From NCBI GenBank assembly GCA_052034235.1, contig JBPOIT010000013.1:3257-67256 (forward strand): a DNA stretch of 64,000 nucleotides, given 5' to 3'. The DNA is from Candidatus Levyibacteriota bacterium. GTDB taxonomy: Bacteria > Patescibacteriota > Microgenomatia > Levybacterales > UBA12049. Under the pieces are notes generated by a model that worked only from the letters and a program-made list of their open reading frames with translations, searched no databases and was not told the DNA's origin. Shown here piece by piece: positions 1 to 9,998 of the stretch (position 1 is its first letter; each line of letters opens with the position of its first letter). Made by a program: the position numbers and the translations under genes.

Positions 1-495
1 AACAAGACGTGCCGCTACTGATTCATTTGATCCTTCAAAACTCGTCGTGACAAAACCATCAACCCCAAAATTGATATCAGGACTACCATCAGTATTGTAT
101 CTGCCCAATGTCCATACAACTGCACTTCCAGGCTGAGCATAACCACCAACTACAATTTTTCCATCTGGTTGGACTATTAAGCTCCATATCATATCATTGG
201 ACCCAAAATCTTTTATTACTTTCCCTGAGACTCCAAAACTTGTATCGAGTGTGCCATCGTTATTATGTCTTGTAATTACCCAGTCACCATTTACGGAACC
301 AGCGGTTAATATTTTTCCATCTGCTTGAACAGCAAACCCTCTGGCTATCGAATCACCACCAAGTTCGATTAATACTTTTCCATCAGTCCCAAAACTAGTA
401 TCCAAATAAGAAGCATGAGTAGTATGTGGGTTTATGAGAGACAAGGAGAAAACAAATAATGCAGCTAGCAATACGTAAAACTTTTTAGTGAGCAT
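1..495 (-). CDS. secreted delta-60-repeat (beta-propeller-like) protein, N-terminal 165 aa; C-terminus lies beyond window start
   Basis: ATG at 495..493 (minus) opens a frame that stays open to position 1 with no stop, which is why it is missing from the ORF track. Translation: MLTKKFYVLLAALFVFSLSLINPHTTHA (signal-peptide-like), then repeated LDTSFGxDGKV...QxDGKI(L/V)xxG units typical of delta-60 repeats. Confidence 0.6.
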   Translation of the reverse strand, partial: MLTKKFYVLLAALFVFSLSLINPHTTHASYLDTSFGTDGKVLIELGGDSIARGFAVQADGKILTAGSVNGDWVITRHNNDGTLDTSFGVSGKVIKDFGSNDMIWSLIVQPDGKIVVGGYAQPGSAVVWTLGRYNTDGSPDINFGVDGFVTTSFEGSNESVAARLV

Positions 496-501
496 AGTAA
501 G

Positions 502-530
502 ATATTAGTGAATGCATTTTTTTTTGTCAA
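502..530 (-). promoter_or_regulatory. putative sigma70-type promoter of the delta-60-repeat gene
   Basis: On the minus strand: -35 TTGACA (530..525), 17-nt spacer, -10 TAATAT (507..502). The ATG begins 6 nt downstream, so the mRNA is probably leaderless. Confidence 0.35.
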
Positions 531-559
531 TATCTCGTATATGATTAGACGATAAAATA

Positions 560-2128
560 TTAATAAATTCCATTTTTCATTTGGAAGATTTTTTGTATTG
601 AGGGTTCGTAGATATCTGATAAAGATGCTGTTGTACCTTGGCATGACTTCTTTAGTGTGTAAATTCTTATTGAATAATTTTGGTCTGGGTTTGGAAAAGT
701 TTTTTCTAGAGTAAAGAAACGCTCCATACCTAAGAGTTGATCGTGTCTCGTCACAAAATATGCAGGATACTTTGAGGTAAGACATTTAAAAGAATCAATT
801 CCAGTAAACATTTTTGAATCTATATGTAGCGGAGCAAGATTGTGAGTTCTTTGTGAATAGACATTTATTGCGCTTTCCGGGTTTCCGATAGTAAAGCCAA
901 AGAGAACCAATGCCACTTCGTTTTTCGAATCTGTTTTCAAAAATTCCATTGCCTCGTAAATTCCATGTCCTGACGTTTGACCCTGAATGTGTGTAGTATC
1001 AGCAAAGTGTGATACTTTTGCGGTTTGTGAAATATATTCTTCCGGATAAAAAATGAGCAGTATTGTAATCACAAACGGAATTATTGCAGAAAATAAGACA
1101 ATAACTTTTTTCCAATAAGTTCCCACCCACAATAGATAAAGAACATAACCAGCTGGAATCACGAGAAACGGCAGGAGTGAAACAATATAACGCAGGCTTT
1201 GTGATTTGCCAGAAATAATTTGCAAAAGCAGCGCTGATAGAAAAAAGATACTGAATGCCAACGAATATTTCAGTTTCTTTTTACTCAGGAGATATAACCC
1301 GACTAAACCTGCTAAAAAAGTGAGAGGGGTTAAAAAGACAAATCCTATTTCAAAAAAACCAAAAAGATTTTTTATCCATGCTTCTATAGGAAAAGTGAGT
1401 AGTTCTCCAAGTGTATAAGCATAACGATTATTAGTGTGAAATGTTTGCCAAAAAAGTGGATTGATAAATAAGAGGAAATCGACACAAAAAAAAGTAAGCG
1501 CAGCAACTGCGTAGGCAGTTACACGATTGATCTTTTTTTCTTTTATAGTGTAACCAAGAATGATCAAGGTAGCTGCAACGACAAAAAGTAAAGCCGAAGA
1601 TTTGATAAAAAATCCTATCCCTAATATTGACCCCAGAAGGATACTATTTTTAACATTTGGTTTGTGAAGGACGTTAATCAATGCAATACATGACCATACA
1701 CCAACAAAGGCAATTCCTGCCTCCAATAGAGCTTGCCTGTTATAAAAAACAAAAAGTGGGGTTATTGCAAAAAGCAATGACGCAATAAGTGCAGCTTCTT
1801 TATTTACGATCTTTATTCCAAGTTTAAATATACCTAGTAGTGTTAGCAAACCAAAAAGGACTGATGTAAACCTTCCTGCATAAAGTGAATCAGGAAAAAT
1901 ACTTGCGAAAAATCCGAAAATCCAAATCATCAAAGGCGGCTTTGCATCAAGAAGTGAATCATATAAATGCCCCGCCATATGCGTATGAGACCACGCCCAA
2001 TCAATATAAATAGATTCATCATTAAAAATCGGAAGTAAATTGAGATTTGCCAAATGAAGCAATAAATACAAAAAACTAATTGAGATGAGTTCTTTATGAA
2101 GGATAATTATTTTATTCCAAAAACTCAT
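560..2128 (-). CDS. GT-C family integral-membrane glycosyltransferase, ArnT/GT83-like (lipid-linked-sugar dependent)
   Basis: 522 aa and hydrophobic throughout. The first extracytoplasmic loop carries LPIFNDESIYIDWAW, the DE motif of ArnT/PMT-type GT-C enzymes. Paralog of 55029..56546. Confidence 0.6.
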   Translation of the reverse strand: MSFWNKIIILHKELISISFLYLLLHLANLNLLPIFNDESIYIDWAWSHTHMAGHLYDSLLDAKPPLMIWIFGFFASIFPDSLYAGRFTSVLFGLLTLLGIFKLGIKIVNKEAALIASLLFAITPLFVFYNRQALLEAGIAFVGVWSCIALINVLHKPNVKNSILLGSILGIGFFIKSSALLFVVAATLIILGYTIKEKKINRVTAYAVAALTFFCVDFLLFINPLFWQTFHTNNRYAYTLGELLTFPIEAWIKNLFGFFEIGFVFLTPLTFLAGLVGLYLLSKKKLKYSLAFSIFFLSALLLQIISGKSQSLRYIVSLLPFLVIPAGYVLYLLWVGTYWKKVIVLFSAIIPFVITILLIFYPEEYISQTAKVSHFADTTHIQGQTSGHGIYEAMEFLKTDSKNEVALVLFGFTIGNPESAINVYSQRTHNLAPLHIDSKMFTGIDSFKCLTSKYPAYFVTRHDQLLGMERFFTLEKTFPNPDQNYSIRIYTLKKSCQGTTASLSDIYEPSIQKIFQMKNGIY

Positions 2129-2144
2129 GCTACTTTCTTATAAT

Positions 2145-3623
2145 TTATTTATTCCGTAGATCAAAAATGATGTATTGGTCGGTTTTTTCTAGGATTTTGT
2201 AGGTTTTGGCAAAAACCATATCGGCTTCTGTTGGGTTGAGAAGGACGAGGTAGCTGGCTCCTTTTTGGACCAGAATTGGCATGTCTGCTTGGAAACTTGG
2301 CCAACCTTTGCGTTTGGTGTGGTACAAAAGAGTCGTATCGCCGGTCATATTGGCAACAACTTTTGCATCTTTAGGAGTTAACCTATCAACTGCAGCACCG
2401 GCAGCGATGATTGAACGATTGTTTATATTGAAATAATCTTTGATTTGTTGCCAGCCAAACCAGAACATACCAACAAGTGCCGCAATAAGGATAATTCTGC
2501 CAGCAGGGAATTTTTTAAATCGTAATGCATAGAGATAATAACTTCCGATTGCAAAACAGATTGAGACACTTGGCATAACAAGAATTTGATAATAATCATG
2601 CTGGACGTTCCCAGTTGCGAAAATGCTGATGTAGAGTAAACTGCTTACGATAAAAGAAAGGAAAAACCACTTTTCTTTCATCTTCCAAAGTTTGAAGACA
2701 CCAAAAGCTAAAATAAGCATACCCGCGTAGCCTGAGATCAGCTTGGTTAAACGCTCATAAAAAAGCCAGCGGAAAAATGATGGTCTAAACCTGATACCAT
2801 TACCATTAAGAAGCCACATATTTGCAGGTACTCCTTCAGGATACTGCGTTATCCATATACGCCAGCCAATAAGTGGAGCGACTGCGATTGCCGCAAAAAA
2901 ATATAATTCCCACACTTTTATAAATCTCCATCCCCACTGTTGAAACACAATAGCAAGCATTGGCAGAACAAAAAACAGAGCATATGGTTTGAGAAGAAAA
3001 GCAGATGATGTGAATACGAGTGCCAAAACAAAAGAGAGATAGGTATTTTTGAGAGATGTTTTTGATTTTTGTTTTTTTCTGTTCACCTTTTCCTCGACCC
3101 ATTTATCAAAAAAATAAATTCCTCCTGTGACAGCAGTCACCATAGTTGTATCTGGCAAAATTGTTCTACCGTAATAAATGTTGTACGGAATAAACATATA
3201 AAAAAACGTTGTCAAAAGTCCAATGGGCTTATTACTATGTTTTGAGACAATCAGATATAAAAAGAGCCCAGTAAGTACCGAGGCAAACATGGAAACAAGT
3301 CTCCCCCACTGCTCAATACTAAATATCCCAAACAATTGATAAAAGCCAGCTTGGAAAAGGTTATAAAGAGGAAATTCGACAAAGCGATATCCTTCCGGAT
3401 TATCTACGCCTGTTTGGATGTTTGAGATATCATCATAACGAGGATGGAGTACATCGTATCCCTGATTTACAAAGTTTCTTGAAACTGCTGAAGTATCAAC
3501 TTGTCTCCAGCTATGCCAATCAGCAATTGGGTTATCAAAACCGTGAAGACGTACAACAAATCCTAAAAGAAGGATACCTGTTAGGATTATCTGGACGGTT
3601 TTTTTATTTTTTAAAGTAATCAT
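2145..3623 (-). CDS. GT-C family integral-membrane glycosyltransferase (GT39/PMT_2-like)
   Basis: 492 aa polytopic membrane protein with N-terminal TM then an aromatic-rich loop (DNPIADWHSWRQVD). No soluble catalytic domain. Confidence 0.5.
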   Translation of the reverse strand: MITLKNKKTVQIILTGILLLGFVVRLHGFDNPIADWHSWRQVDTSAVSRNFVNQGYDVLHPRYDDISNIQTGVDNPEGYRFVEFPLYNLFQAGFYQLFGIFSIEQWGRLVSMFASVLTGLFLYLIVSKHSNKPIGLLTTFFYMFIPYNIYYGRTILPDTTMVTAVTGGIYFFDKWVEEKVNRKKQKSKTSLKNTYLSFVLALVFTSSAFLLKPYALFFVLPMLAIVFQQWGWRFIKVWELYFFAAIAVAPLIGWRIWITQYPEGVPANMWLLNGNGIRFRPSFFRWLFYERLTKLISGYAGMLILAFGVFKLWKMKEKWFFLSFIVSSLLYISIFATGNVQHDYYQILVMPSVSICFAIGSYYLYALRFKKFPAGRIILIAALVGMFWFGWQQIKDYFNINNRSIIAAGAAVDRLTPKDAKVVANMTGDTTLLYHTKRKGWPSFQADMPILVQKGASYLVLLNPTEADMVFAKTYKILEKTDQYIIFDLRNK

Positions 3624-6600
3624 TACTGTCCTTTCATAATCCTACCCTGATCATCAAACATAAATATGACATTTTGGTCAGTTTTTTGTGCAGAGATTTG
3701 AGCTCGTGCATCTTCAATCGTTCCAACATGGTGAACCTGCGGAAGCCGATCACGATAAATAAACCATAGCGCATCATTCAAACCAACTGGGAAGAGCCAG
3801 ACTGAATCATACATATATGGAGCGCCTACAAAATATAAGTTCGTACTATTTGAAAAGCTTTCGTGTTCCAGACGGAAATAAGCTAGTGTTTCTTTGGTAA
3901 TTGAGCTTACTTTGGCCCATTTTTTGCCCATATGCTGATTTTCCTGGTAATAAACAAATGACATGATTGTCACAATAATAATGAGTCCAATGGTTATATA
4001 TTTTTGTTTCATATGCATAAGCACTACTGCTATAAAATTAAGCGCAGCAACAAACATGATGACAAATCCAACAGATGCTAAATAAAGATATCTTGGAGCT
4101 ATATTTCCCAGTCCAAGGAATGGAAGTAAACTAACTGCCGCAAACACCAATCCAAAACACACGAGAACGATTTCGTTATGTTTAAAGACATGAATAAGTT
4201 TTCGTCTAAATGTATAGAGAATAATTCCAACAATTACCATAAGGATCAAAAGTATTGAAGCGGCAAGTAATGAGTCTTCCCTGAGTCCTGAGCGGAGTGA
4301 ATCATACAGAGGAAATGCTGTATTTCCGCCAAAGAATACCAAGAGATAGCCAATGTAGTTTCCTACAAAATTGAACGGCAGATTGAGAAGATTATAACTA
4401 TAATCCCCACCACCACTGAACGCATTGGAGATCGCTCTCATAGCAAAATATGCAGGGACTAAAAGTACAAAAGGCAAATAGTGAAGCATCAGATTTTTCT
4501 TGAGTTTTGGTCTGGTTATGAATAGATCAACCACAACAAGCAGAAGTGGAATAATTACGGCTATTTCATAGGTTAAGAAGGCAAGTATGCTTAAAATAAA
4601 TGCTGTTGTGTAGGAAGGCATTGGATGCTTTCCGTTTCTGAATTTAATAAAGGCAAGTACTACATAGACAATAAACATACTTCCCATCGTTACAGATATC
4701 GTTGAGAACCAGAAAAGATTTTCATGATGAACCGGATGCAGTGCAAAAAGTACTGCAGTAACGAAACTAAGGAATCTCTTTTTAAAGAGTTTTTGTGAAA
4801 GATAATAAACGCCAAGCACGGTTATAAAATGCATAAGAAGCGTGAATAGATGATATCCTTGCGGCTGGAATGAGAAGAGTTGGTAAAGGAAATAAACGAC
4901 TGTTTTATCAAAAGGTCTATAGAAGAAATTATCAGCATTAATAAAGTAACCTGGAATATCTTTCAGTTCTGTCGTTGCTGCCCATTTGAGCCACGTGAAG
5001 TCATCAGCGACAAAAAAGTTACCTATAGATCCTGCGTATGCGGTAAGAATAATGACCAGAAGATAGATGAGTACCATGACTCTGGATGTAAAGAATTGGA
5101 ATAATTCTTGTTTGTAATTAAAGGTTTCCTTTTTATAAAGATATGCACCTCCAACTCCTATACCCAATAACATCCACATAGGTTCAGCTACTTTAGATGC
5201 CTCAAAAACATCGATCAAAATAGCATTTATTAAAAGCCCGACAACCCCTCCAGATAGTCCAAAGAGTAATGCTTTGATAATTGGATCTTTAACCAAAGGC
5301 ACGCTGTTTTTTAAGAAAATGCCTAATATGACAAAGATAAAGAGGAATGATAATAAGCCAACAAGCCCGGTTTCACCAAGTGCCCGAAGATAGTCATTAT
5401 CCGTTGCAAGTGTTAACGTCGAATATCCAGTGCCAAAGACCGGACTGAAAAGAAATGCGTTCCAGTTTCTTGGCCATTCAGCCTGGAAACGAGTTGTAAA
5501 TGAGATATCAAGTGCATATGCTTTTTTGATAAGAAAAGTCCCTGAGATAGATGATATCGCAACTTCATCCATGGTAAGCCTTTTCAATTGTGCATCTGTT
5601 AAAACAGTTGAGAAACCGCTACTTGGTGTCGCAATAGTACTTTTGTCACCTACCATAAAATCACTAGCAGGTGGTACTTCTGAAGCTTTAATTTCTTCAG
5701 CTTCCTTCGTTTTGGCGATAATTTCTTTTAAGTCAGAAGGCAAAGCTTCTTCTGTTGAAACAACCTGTACTTGCTGAATCGTTTTCCCAAAACGCTTAAT
5801 TGTCGCGTCGCTTGATATGGACATGGCGCCTATGCTGATAATCAAAACTGGAATAATCCAACGTTTGCGATTCCAGAAAACAAGCATCGATGTAATACCC
5901 ACAACATATGCTCCAAAAGACGTACGGGAAGAGGTAAAGTTAAGAACATCTAGTGCCAAAATAGCGAGTATAAATAGAAGCGCCTTATACTTAAAACGCT
6001 TTACTGCAAAAAATAATGCAACAAGAATTGGAATGACAAAAACCATGTATGCTGAAAGATCATAGTGCCCTCCAAATGTTGAAGAAACACGCGACGTCTC
6101 TGTTAAACAAAGCGGAATACCTTTTGCAAATTCTTCATTTCCTGTTAAGAATGCCGGAAAACAAAAAGGGTATTTTTCGAAAAAATTAGGGAACATCGCC
6201 CATAAAATCGTGTAGAATCTCTGTCCAAAACCATAAATGACAACACCAAGAACAGTTACACAAAGCGTAATGAGATAAAAATAGACATCCTTAACATGTC
6301 TCACTGTCGCAAATGCGATGAAAAACAGAATCATGTATTCAATTCGCCTTGCGTATTGAAGTCCGGCAACAGTTGGGAAGAAATTTACCAGGTTTGGGGC
6401 AATAAAAAGCAAACAATAAATAAGAGACGCAAGCCCGGCAATCCAGTAGAGAACAATTGCGTATCCTTCTGGTCGAGGTAGTGAAACTTTGCGACGCAGC
6501 AGCTGTACAAACCAAATGATAGCAAGGGTCAGTATGACAAAGTCTTCAAGTCGTATGTAAACCCACGTACGATCGACATGGACACTTGGGAGTTTGGGAT

Positions 6601-6679
6601 AAAGTGCAGTAAAAAGAATTGCAAAAGCAACTCCAAAACGAAGTAAATTATCATCCAAAAACTTCAAGAGTTTTTTCAT
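3623..6679 (-). CDS. 1018-aa fusion: O-antigen-ligase/Wzy_C-like domain followed by a second polytopic GT-C-like domain
   Basis: The N-terminal half contains PVFGTGYSTLTLATDNDYLRALGETGLVGLL, matching the GxGxxxxxxxxx(H/D)NxYLxxLxExGxxG signature of WaaL/PglL/Wzy_C ligases. The C-terminal roughly 480 aa form another multi-TM block (FFVADDFTWLKW...) with a soluble tail. Confidence 0.5.
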   Translation of the reverse strand: MKKLLKFLDDNLLRFGVAFAILFTALYPKLPSVHVDRTWVYIRLEDFVILTLAIIWFVQLLRRKVSLPRPEGYAIVLYWIAGLASLIYCLLFIAPNLVNFFPTVAGLQYARRIEYMILFFIAFATVRHVKDVYFYLITLCVTVLGVVIYGFGQRFYTILWAMFPNFFEKYPFCFPAFLTGNEEFAKGIPLCLTETSRVSSTFGGHYDLSAYMVFVIPILVALFFAVKRFKYKALLFILAILALDVLNFTSSRTSFGAYVVGITSMLVFWNRKRWIIPVLIISIGAMSISSDATIKRFGKTIQQVQVVSTEEALPSDLKEIIAKTKEAEEIKASEVPPASDFMVGDKSTIATPSSGFSTVLTDAQLKRLTMDEVAISSISGTFLIKKAYALDISFTTRFQAEWPRNWNAFLFSPVFGTGYSTLTLATDNDYLRALGETGLVGLLSFLFIFVILGIFLKNSVPLVKDPIIKALLFGLSGGVVGLLINAILIDVFEASKVAEPMWMLLGIGVGGAYLYKKETFNYKQELFQFFTSRVMVLIYLLVIILTAYAGSIGNFFVADDFTWLKWAATTELKDIPGYFINADNFFYRPFDKTVVYFLYQLFSFQPQGYHLFTLLMHFITVLGVYYLSQKLFKKRFLSFVTAVLFALHPVHHENLFWFSTISVTMGSMFIVYVVLAFIKFRNGKHPMPSYTTAFILSILAFLTYEIAVIIPLLLVVVDLFITRPKLKKNLMLHYLPFVLLVPAYFAMRAISNAFSGGGDYSYNLLNLPFNFVGNYIGYLLVFFGGNTAFPLYDSLRSGLREDSLLAASILLILMVIVGIILYTFRRKLIHVFKHNEIVLVCFGLVFAAVSLLPFLGLGNIAPRYLYLASVGFVIMFVAALNFIAVVLMHMKQKYITIGLIIIVTIMSFVYYQENQHMGKKWAKVSSITKETLAYFRLEHESFSNSTNLYFVGAPYMYDSVWLFPVGLNDALWFIYRDRLPQVHHVGTIEDARAQISAQKTDQNVIFMFDDQGRIMKGQ

Positions 6680-6686
6680 AGCTAGT

Positions 6687-7280
6687 TTAACGGAACCATG
6701 CAGCGCGACCTAAGTGATAATGTAACTCTTTTTCACTTCTCTCGCCTATTACTTTGGCAGGTACTCCACCTACAATTTCAAAAGCTCCAACATCCTTTGT
6801 AACAACTGCACCAGCAGCAACAATTGCACCTTTACCTATAGTTACTCCTGGCAAGATGATTGCTCTCGGACCAACAAAGACGTAGTCTTCTATAATAACA
6901 GATTGTGGTACTGCTTTAAATTCCGGATCGTGAATATCATGCTGGCAATTATAGACCATGACTTCGCTCGCAAAATCTACATGATTGCCAATCTGAAGCT
7001 TGGCTCGTCCATCCAGAACAACGCCTTCACCAATTATCGTATCTTTGCCAATCGTAATATTTGAAGGATTATAAAATCTGGCACCTGTGTGAATTGTTGA
7101 TCCTTCACCAATAATCATCCCTCCTGCTCTATAAAAAAATCTCCTAACATGGTGAAATGGAACATGACCTACAATATGCAAAATAAAAATAAAAAATTCT
7201 AAAAGCACTGTATTGGTACGGTTTTTACCCTTGTTATAAAATTCTCTTGAATTAAGTGTTCTACCTTCTCTATCTTTCAT
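6687..7280 (-). CDS. hexapeptide-repeat (LbH) sugar O-acetyltransferase, WbbJ/WcaF-like, with N-terminal membrane anchor
   Basis: Repeated [LIV]G-x4 hexapeptides ([35 protein letters not shown]...[19 protein letters not shown]). One hydrophobic helix near the N-terminus. Confidence 0.7.
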   Translation of the reverse strand: MKDREGRTLNSREFYNKGKNRTNTVLLEFFIFILHIVGHVPFHHVRRFFYRAGGMIIGEGSTIHTGARFYNPSNITIGKDTIIGEGVVLDGRAKLQIGNHVDFASEVMVYNCQHDIHDPEFKAVPQSVIIEDYVFVGPRAIILPGVTIGKGAIVAAGAVVTKDVGAFEIVGGVPAKVIGERSEKELHYHLGRAAWFR

Positions 7281-7283
7281 ATC

Positions 7284-8420
7284 TTAATGTTTCTTTGCAA
7301 CCTGCTGTAATACTTCAAGTGTTTCCCTTGCAGCTTTATCCCAACTAAATTTTGCTACCTGTTTTTTACCCTTTGCTACTAATTCTTCACGAAGATTTTT
7401 ATCAGTAATAACTTGTGTTATTTTTTGAGTAATATCCTCAACATCTTCAGGGTCTACATATAACGCAGCATCACCGCCTGCTTCAGGCAAACTTGATACG
7501 TTGCTTGTGATAACTGGACATCCTTGTTTCATTGCTTCAAGTACGGGAAGTCCGAAGCCTTCATAAAGGCTTGGCAAAACATAACAAAGCGCATTATTAT
7601 AAAATATTGTGAGTTCATCATCAGTTACATTTTCTAAAAATTTCACAGAACCTTCCACACCATGTTTTTGCGGAGCAGCCAAAATGTCTTCATAAAGCCA
7701 TCCTTTTTTCCCGATAATCACCAATTCCAGATCTTTATTATCTTTGGTTTGTTCGTGATTTTTAATACGAGCAAATGCCTCAATAAGCCTGGAGATATTT
7801 TTACGCGGCTGAAGTGTTCCTACAAAAAGTATAAAATTGCCACTGAGATGATATTTGTCTTGCAGTTGATTCATACCATAAATCCGCGGCTCAAGCGTGG
7901 TAATTTCCTTTATACCAGGATATATCGTCACAACTTTTTCCGCAGATATGTTATATGCTTTGATTATATCATCTTTACTAGAATTACTAATCGTTAACAC
8001 ACGAGCTGCATTTTGGACTGAATATTTTGTCCAACTTTGAAGCTGATAGAGATCAGATTTATTAAATAATTCAGGAAATCGCAAAAAAGACATATCCATA
8101 ACTGAAACAACTGTCGGAATAGGTGAGAAACGAGGTGCATAATGAGTTGGACTAAAAAAGACATCAGGTCTTGGCCTATGAGTATATAAGTCAAGCGGCA
8201 ACCGCCATTGCGTCCATAACTTTCCTGGCCCAAAAACTCTATAATTCCATGTTGTCGTTTCCTTGGGCAAGGTTTGTAATGGTTTGCTCTTTAAATAGAT
8301 TTGATTCGTGATACCTGCACCTTGATTGCGAGAAAACTGCATAAGCAACTGAAATGCATATTCACTTATTCCTACTCGTTTATGTACATTGGCTTCATTG
8401 CCGTCAATTCCAATAATCAT
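7284..8420 (-). CDS. GT4 family glycosyltransferase
   Basis: C-terminal EGFGLPVLEAMKQGCPVITS (EX7E motif). N-terminal IGIDGNEA start typical of the GT4 N-domain. Confidence 0.8.
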   Translation of the reverse strand: MIIGIDGNEANVHKRVGISEYAFQLLMQFSRNQGAGITNQIYLKSKPLQTLPKETTTWNYRVFGPGKLWTQWRLPLDLYTHRPRPDVFFSPTHYAPRFSPIPTVVSVMDMSFLRFPELFNKSDLYQLQSWTKYSVQNAARVLTISNSSKDDIIKAYNISAEKVVTIYPGIKEITTLEPRIYGMNQLQDKYHLSGNFILFVGTLQPRKNISRLIEAFARIKNHEQTKDNKDLELVIIGKKGWLYEDILAAPQKHGVEGSVKFLENVTDDELTIFYNNALCYVLPSLYEGFGLPVLEAMKQGCPVITSNVSSLPEAGGDAALYVDPEDVEDITQKITQVITDKNLREELVAKGKKQVAKFSWDKAARETLEVLQQVAKKH

Positions 8421-8423
8421 AAT

Positions 8424-8972
8424 TTAAACACCTGGATAAATAACACTCAAGCGCTTCTCATCTATTCCCAGAATCTCGATAGCATCTTTTTTTGTCGCTT
8501 CTGAGATACACAGTATATGGCTCGTTTCTTTTTTTACATGTGCTAATTTTCGCTTTTGGGTTTCAACAATCTTTTGTGCTGTTTCCGCGGGATGCTTATA
8601 TATAATTAAATCATAAAGAATTGTCATTTTTTTGGCTTTTTTTACAGGTGGTTCAGTCCAGTCCGAAGTAATAAAAATATCGACATCGCCTATCAGATTT
8701 TCAATCGGCATTATATGAAGTTTATTCCAAAGCAAATCAAGCACACTAGGTGGAAATCGAAATTTTTTAAACGATACTTTTGCATTCTTCGCTTTAAGTC
8801 TTTCTTCCTGATCTGTAATATCTCTTCGCAAACTCGAAAAAAAGAAAACATAGTCGTTTTCTTTATCTTGATCTACCAGTCCCTCTATAAGCTGTCCAAG
8901 GTAATTTGAGACACCTGTGTGTGAAAAAGCGAGCTGAGAAACATCAATGCCAATCTTCATAAAACTAATCAA
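8424..8972 (-). pseudogene. GT4 N-terminal-domain-only fragment (truncated duplicate of the neighbouring GT4)
   Basis: 182 aa beginning IGIDVSQLAFSHTGVSNY (compare IGIDGNEANVHKRVGISEY of 7284..8420). It ends at ...VIYPGV, exactly where the catalytic C-domain should start, and no EX7E half follows. The stop lies 3 nt before the next gene start. Confidence 0.4.
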
Positions 8973-9011
8973 CCACGCGGGGCTTGTATCAATTTTAGCA
9001 TATAGTCGGGC

Positions 9012-9959
9012 TTATTTATCACTCGTATATTTGAGAGGAAATTGATGGGTATAATCACTTTGAGAACGAGTTGTGTGAGAGATATTGATGATGAGATCCG
9101 CAAGAAATCCTGTAAAAAACGATTGTAAGCCACTAATAATAAAGAGTATGCCAATAAAGAGTATCGGTCTCGTACCTACGCGTTCACCATAAGCGTAGTG
9201 AATAAATGTAAGATAGCTTAGGATACCTACACCAATAAAAATAAGGAAAATACCAATAAACCCAAAGAAATGAAGCGGCTTTTTTCCAAATTTGAGAAGA
9301 AAAATGATAGTAAATAAGTCAGGTATATTTTTAAATACCTTTGAAAATCCATATTTTGAATAACCAAATTTTCTCGTATCATGTTCTACGACGACTTCAT
9401 CAACGACAAAGCCTTGTTGATGGAGAAGAAGTGGAATAAAGCGATAAAGACCTCCGTATATATGCAAATTCTGTGCTGCATCTTTTGAAATGAGTTTATA
9501 TCCACAATCAATATCATGAAGTTTCAAACCGAATAATATCCTATTAAGATAGTTAAAAAATTTTGAAATGATAACCATCTTTGATTTGTCTTTTCTGTGC
9601 TTACGCCATCCAACGACAACATCGACGCCTTCCTCATGCTTTTTAAGCAATTTATGAAGCTCCGAGGGTTTATCCTGTAAATCTGCATCCATGGTGACAA
9701 ATACCTCACCCTTTGCAACAGAAAAACCCAGAGCAAGCGCATCAGCCTTGCCGCGATTTTTTTTGAAGGAATAGACGCGAACATGATTGTTCTTGTGTTG
9801 AATCGACTTAAGAACGCTTAACGTGTCATCTGTTGACCCATCATCAACAAAAACAAACTCGTAGTCTTTTGACAACTTGGTAACTTCACGTAATGTCTCT
9901 TCGTAGAAGGTCTTGATACCATCTTCCTCGTTATATGCCGGTACGATAATACTTATCAT
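9012..9959 (-). CDS. polyprenol-phosphate glycosyltransferase (GT2, GtrB/ArnC/DPM1-like) with C-terminal TM helices
   Basis: IVPAYNEE...FVDDGSTDDT...TMDADLQDKP...GWRKHRKDK plus DCGYKL motifs, and two C-terminal hydrophobic helices. Confidence 0.75.
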   Translation of the reverse strand: MISIIVPAYNEEDGIKTFYEETLREVTKLSKDYEFVFVDDGSTDDTLSVLKSIQHKNNHVRVYSFKKNRGKADALALGFSVAKGEVFVTMDADLQDKPSELHKLLKKHEEGVDVVVGWRKHRKDKSKMVIISKFFNYLNRILFGLKLHDIDCGYKLISKDAAQNLHIYGGLYRFIPLLLHQQGFVVDEVVVEHDTRKFGYSKYGFSKVFKNIPDLFTIIFLLKFGKKPLHFFGFIGIFLIFIGVGILSYLTFIHYAYGERVGTRPILFIGILFIISGLQSFFTGFLADLIINISHTTRSQSDYTHQFPLKYTSDK

Positions 9960-9998
9960 GGCTACTATTGTACCATTTCCTGCTTTGATAATATAGCT

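Noticed and set aside
465-785. 106-aa minus-strand ORF from the track spanning the delta-60 gene start and the intergenic region
   Set aside because: It overlaps the clearly coding start of the delta-60 gene in another frame and the 3' end of the GT-C gene. It has no motif and a low-complexity translation, so it is probably spurious.
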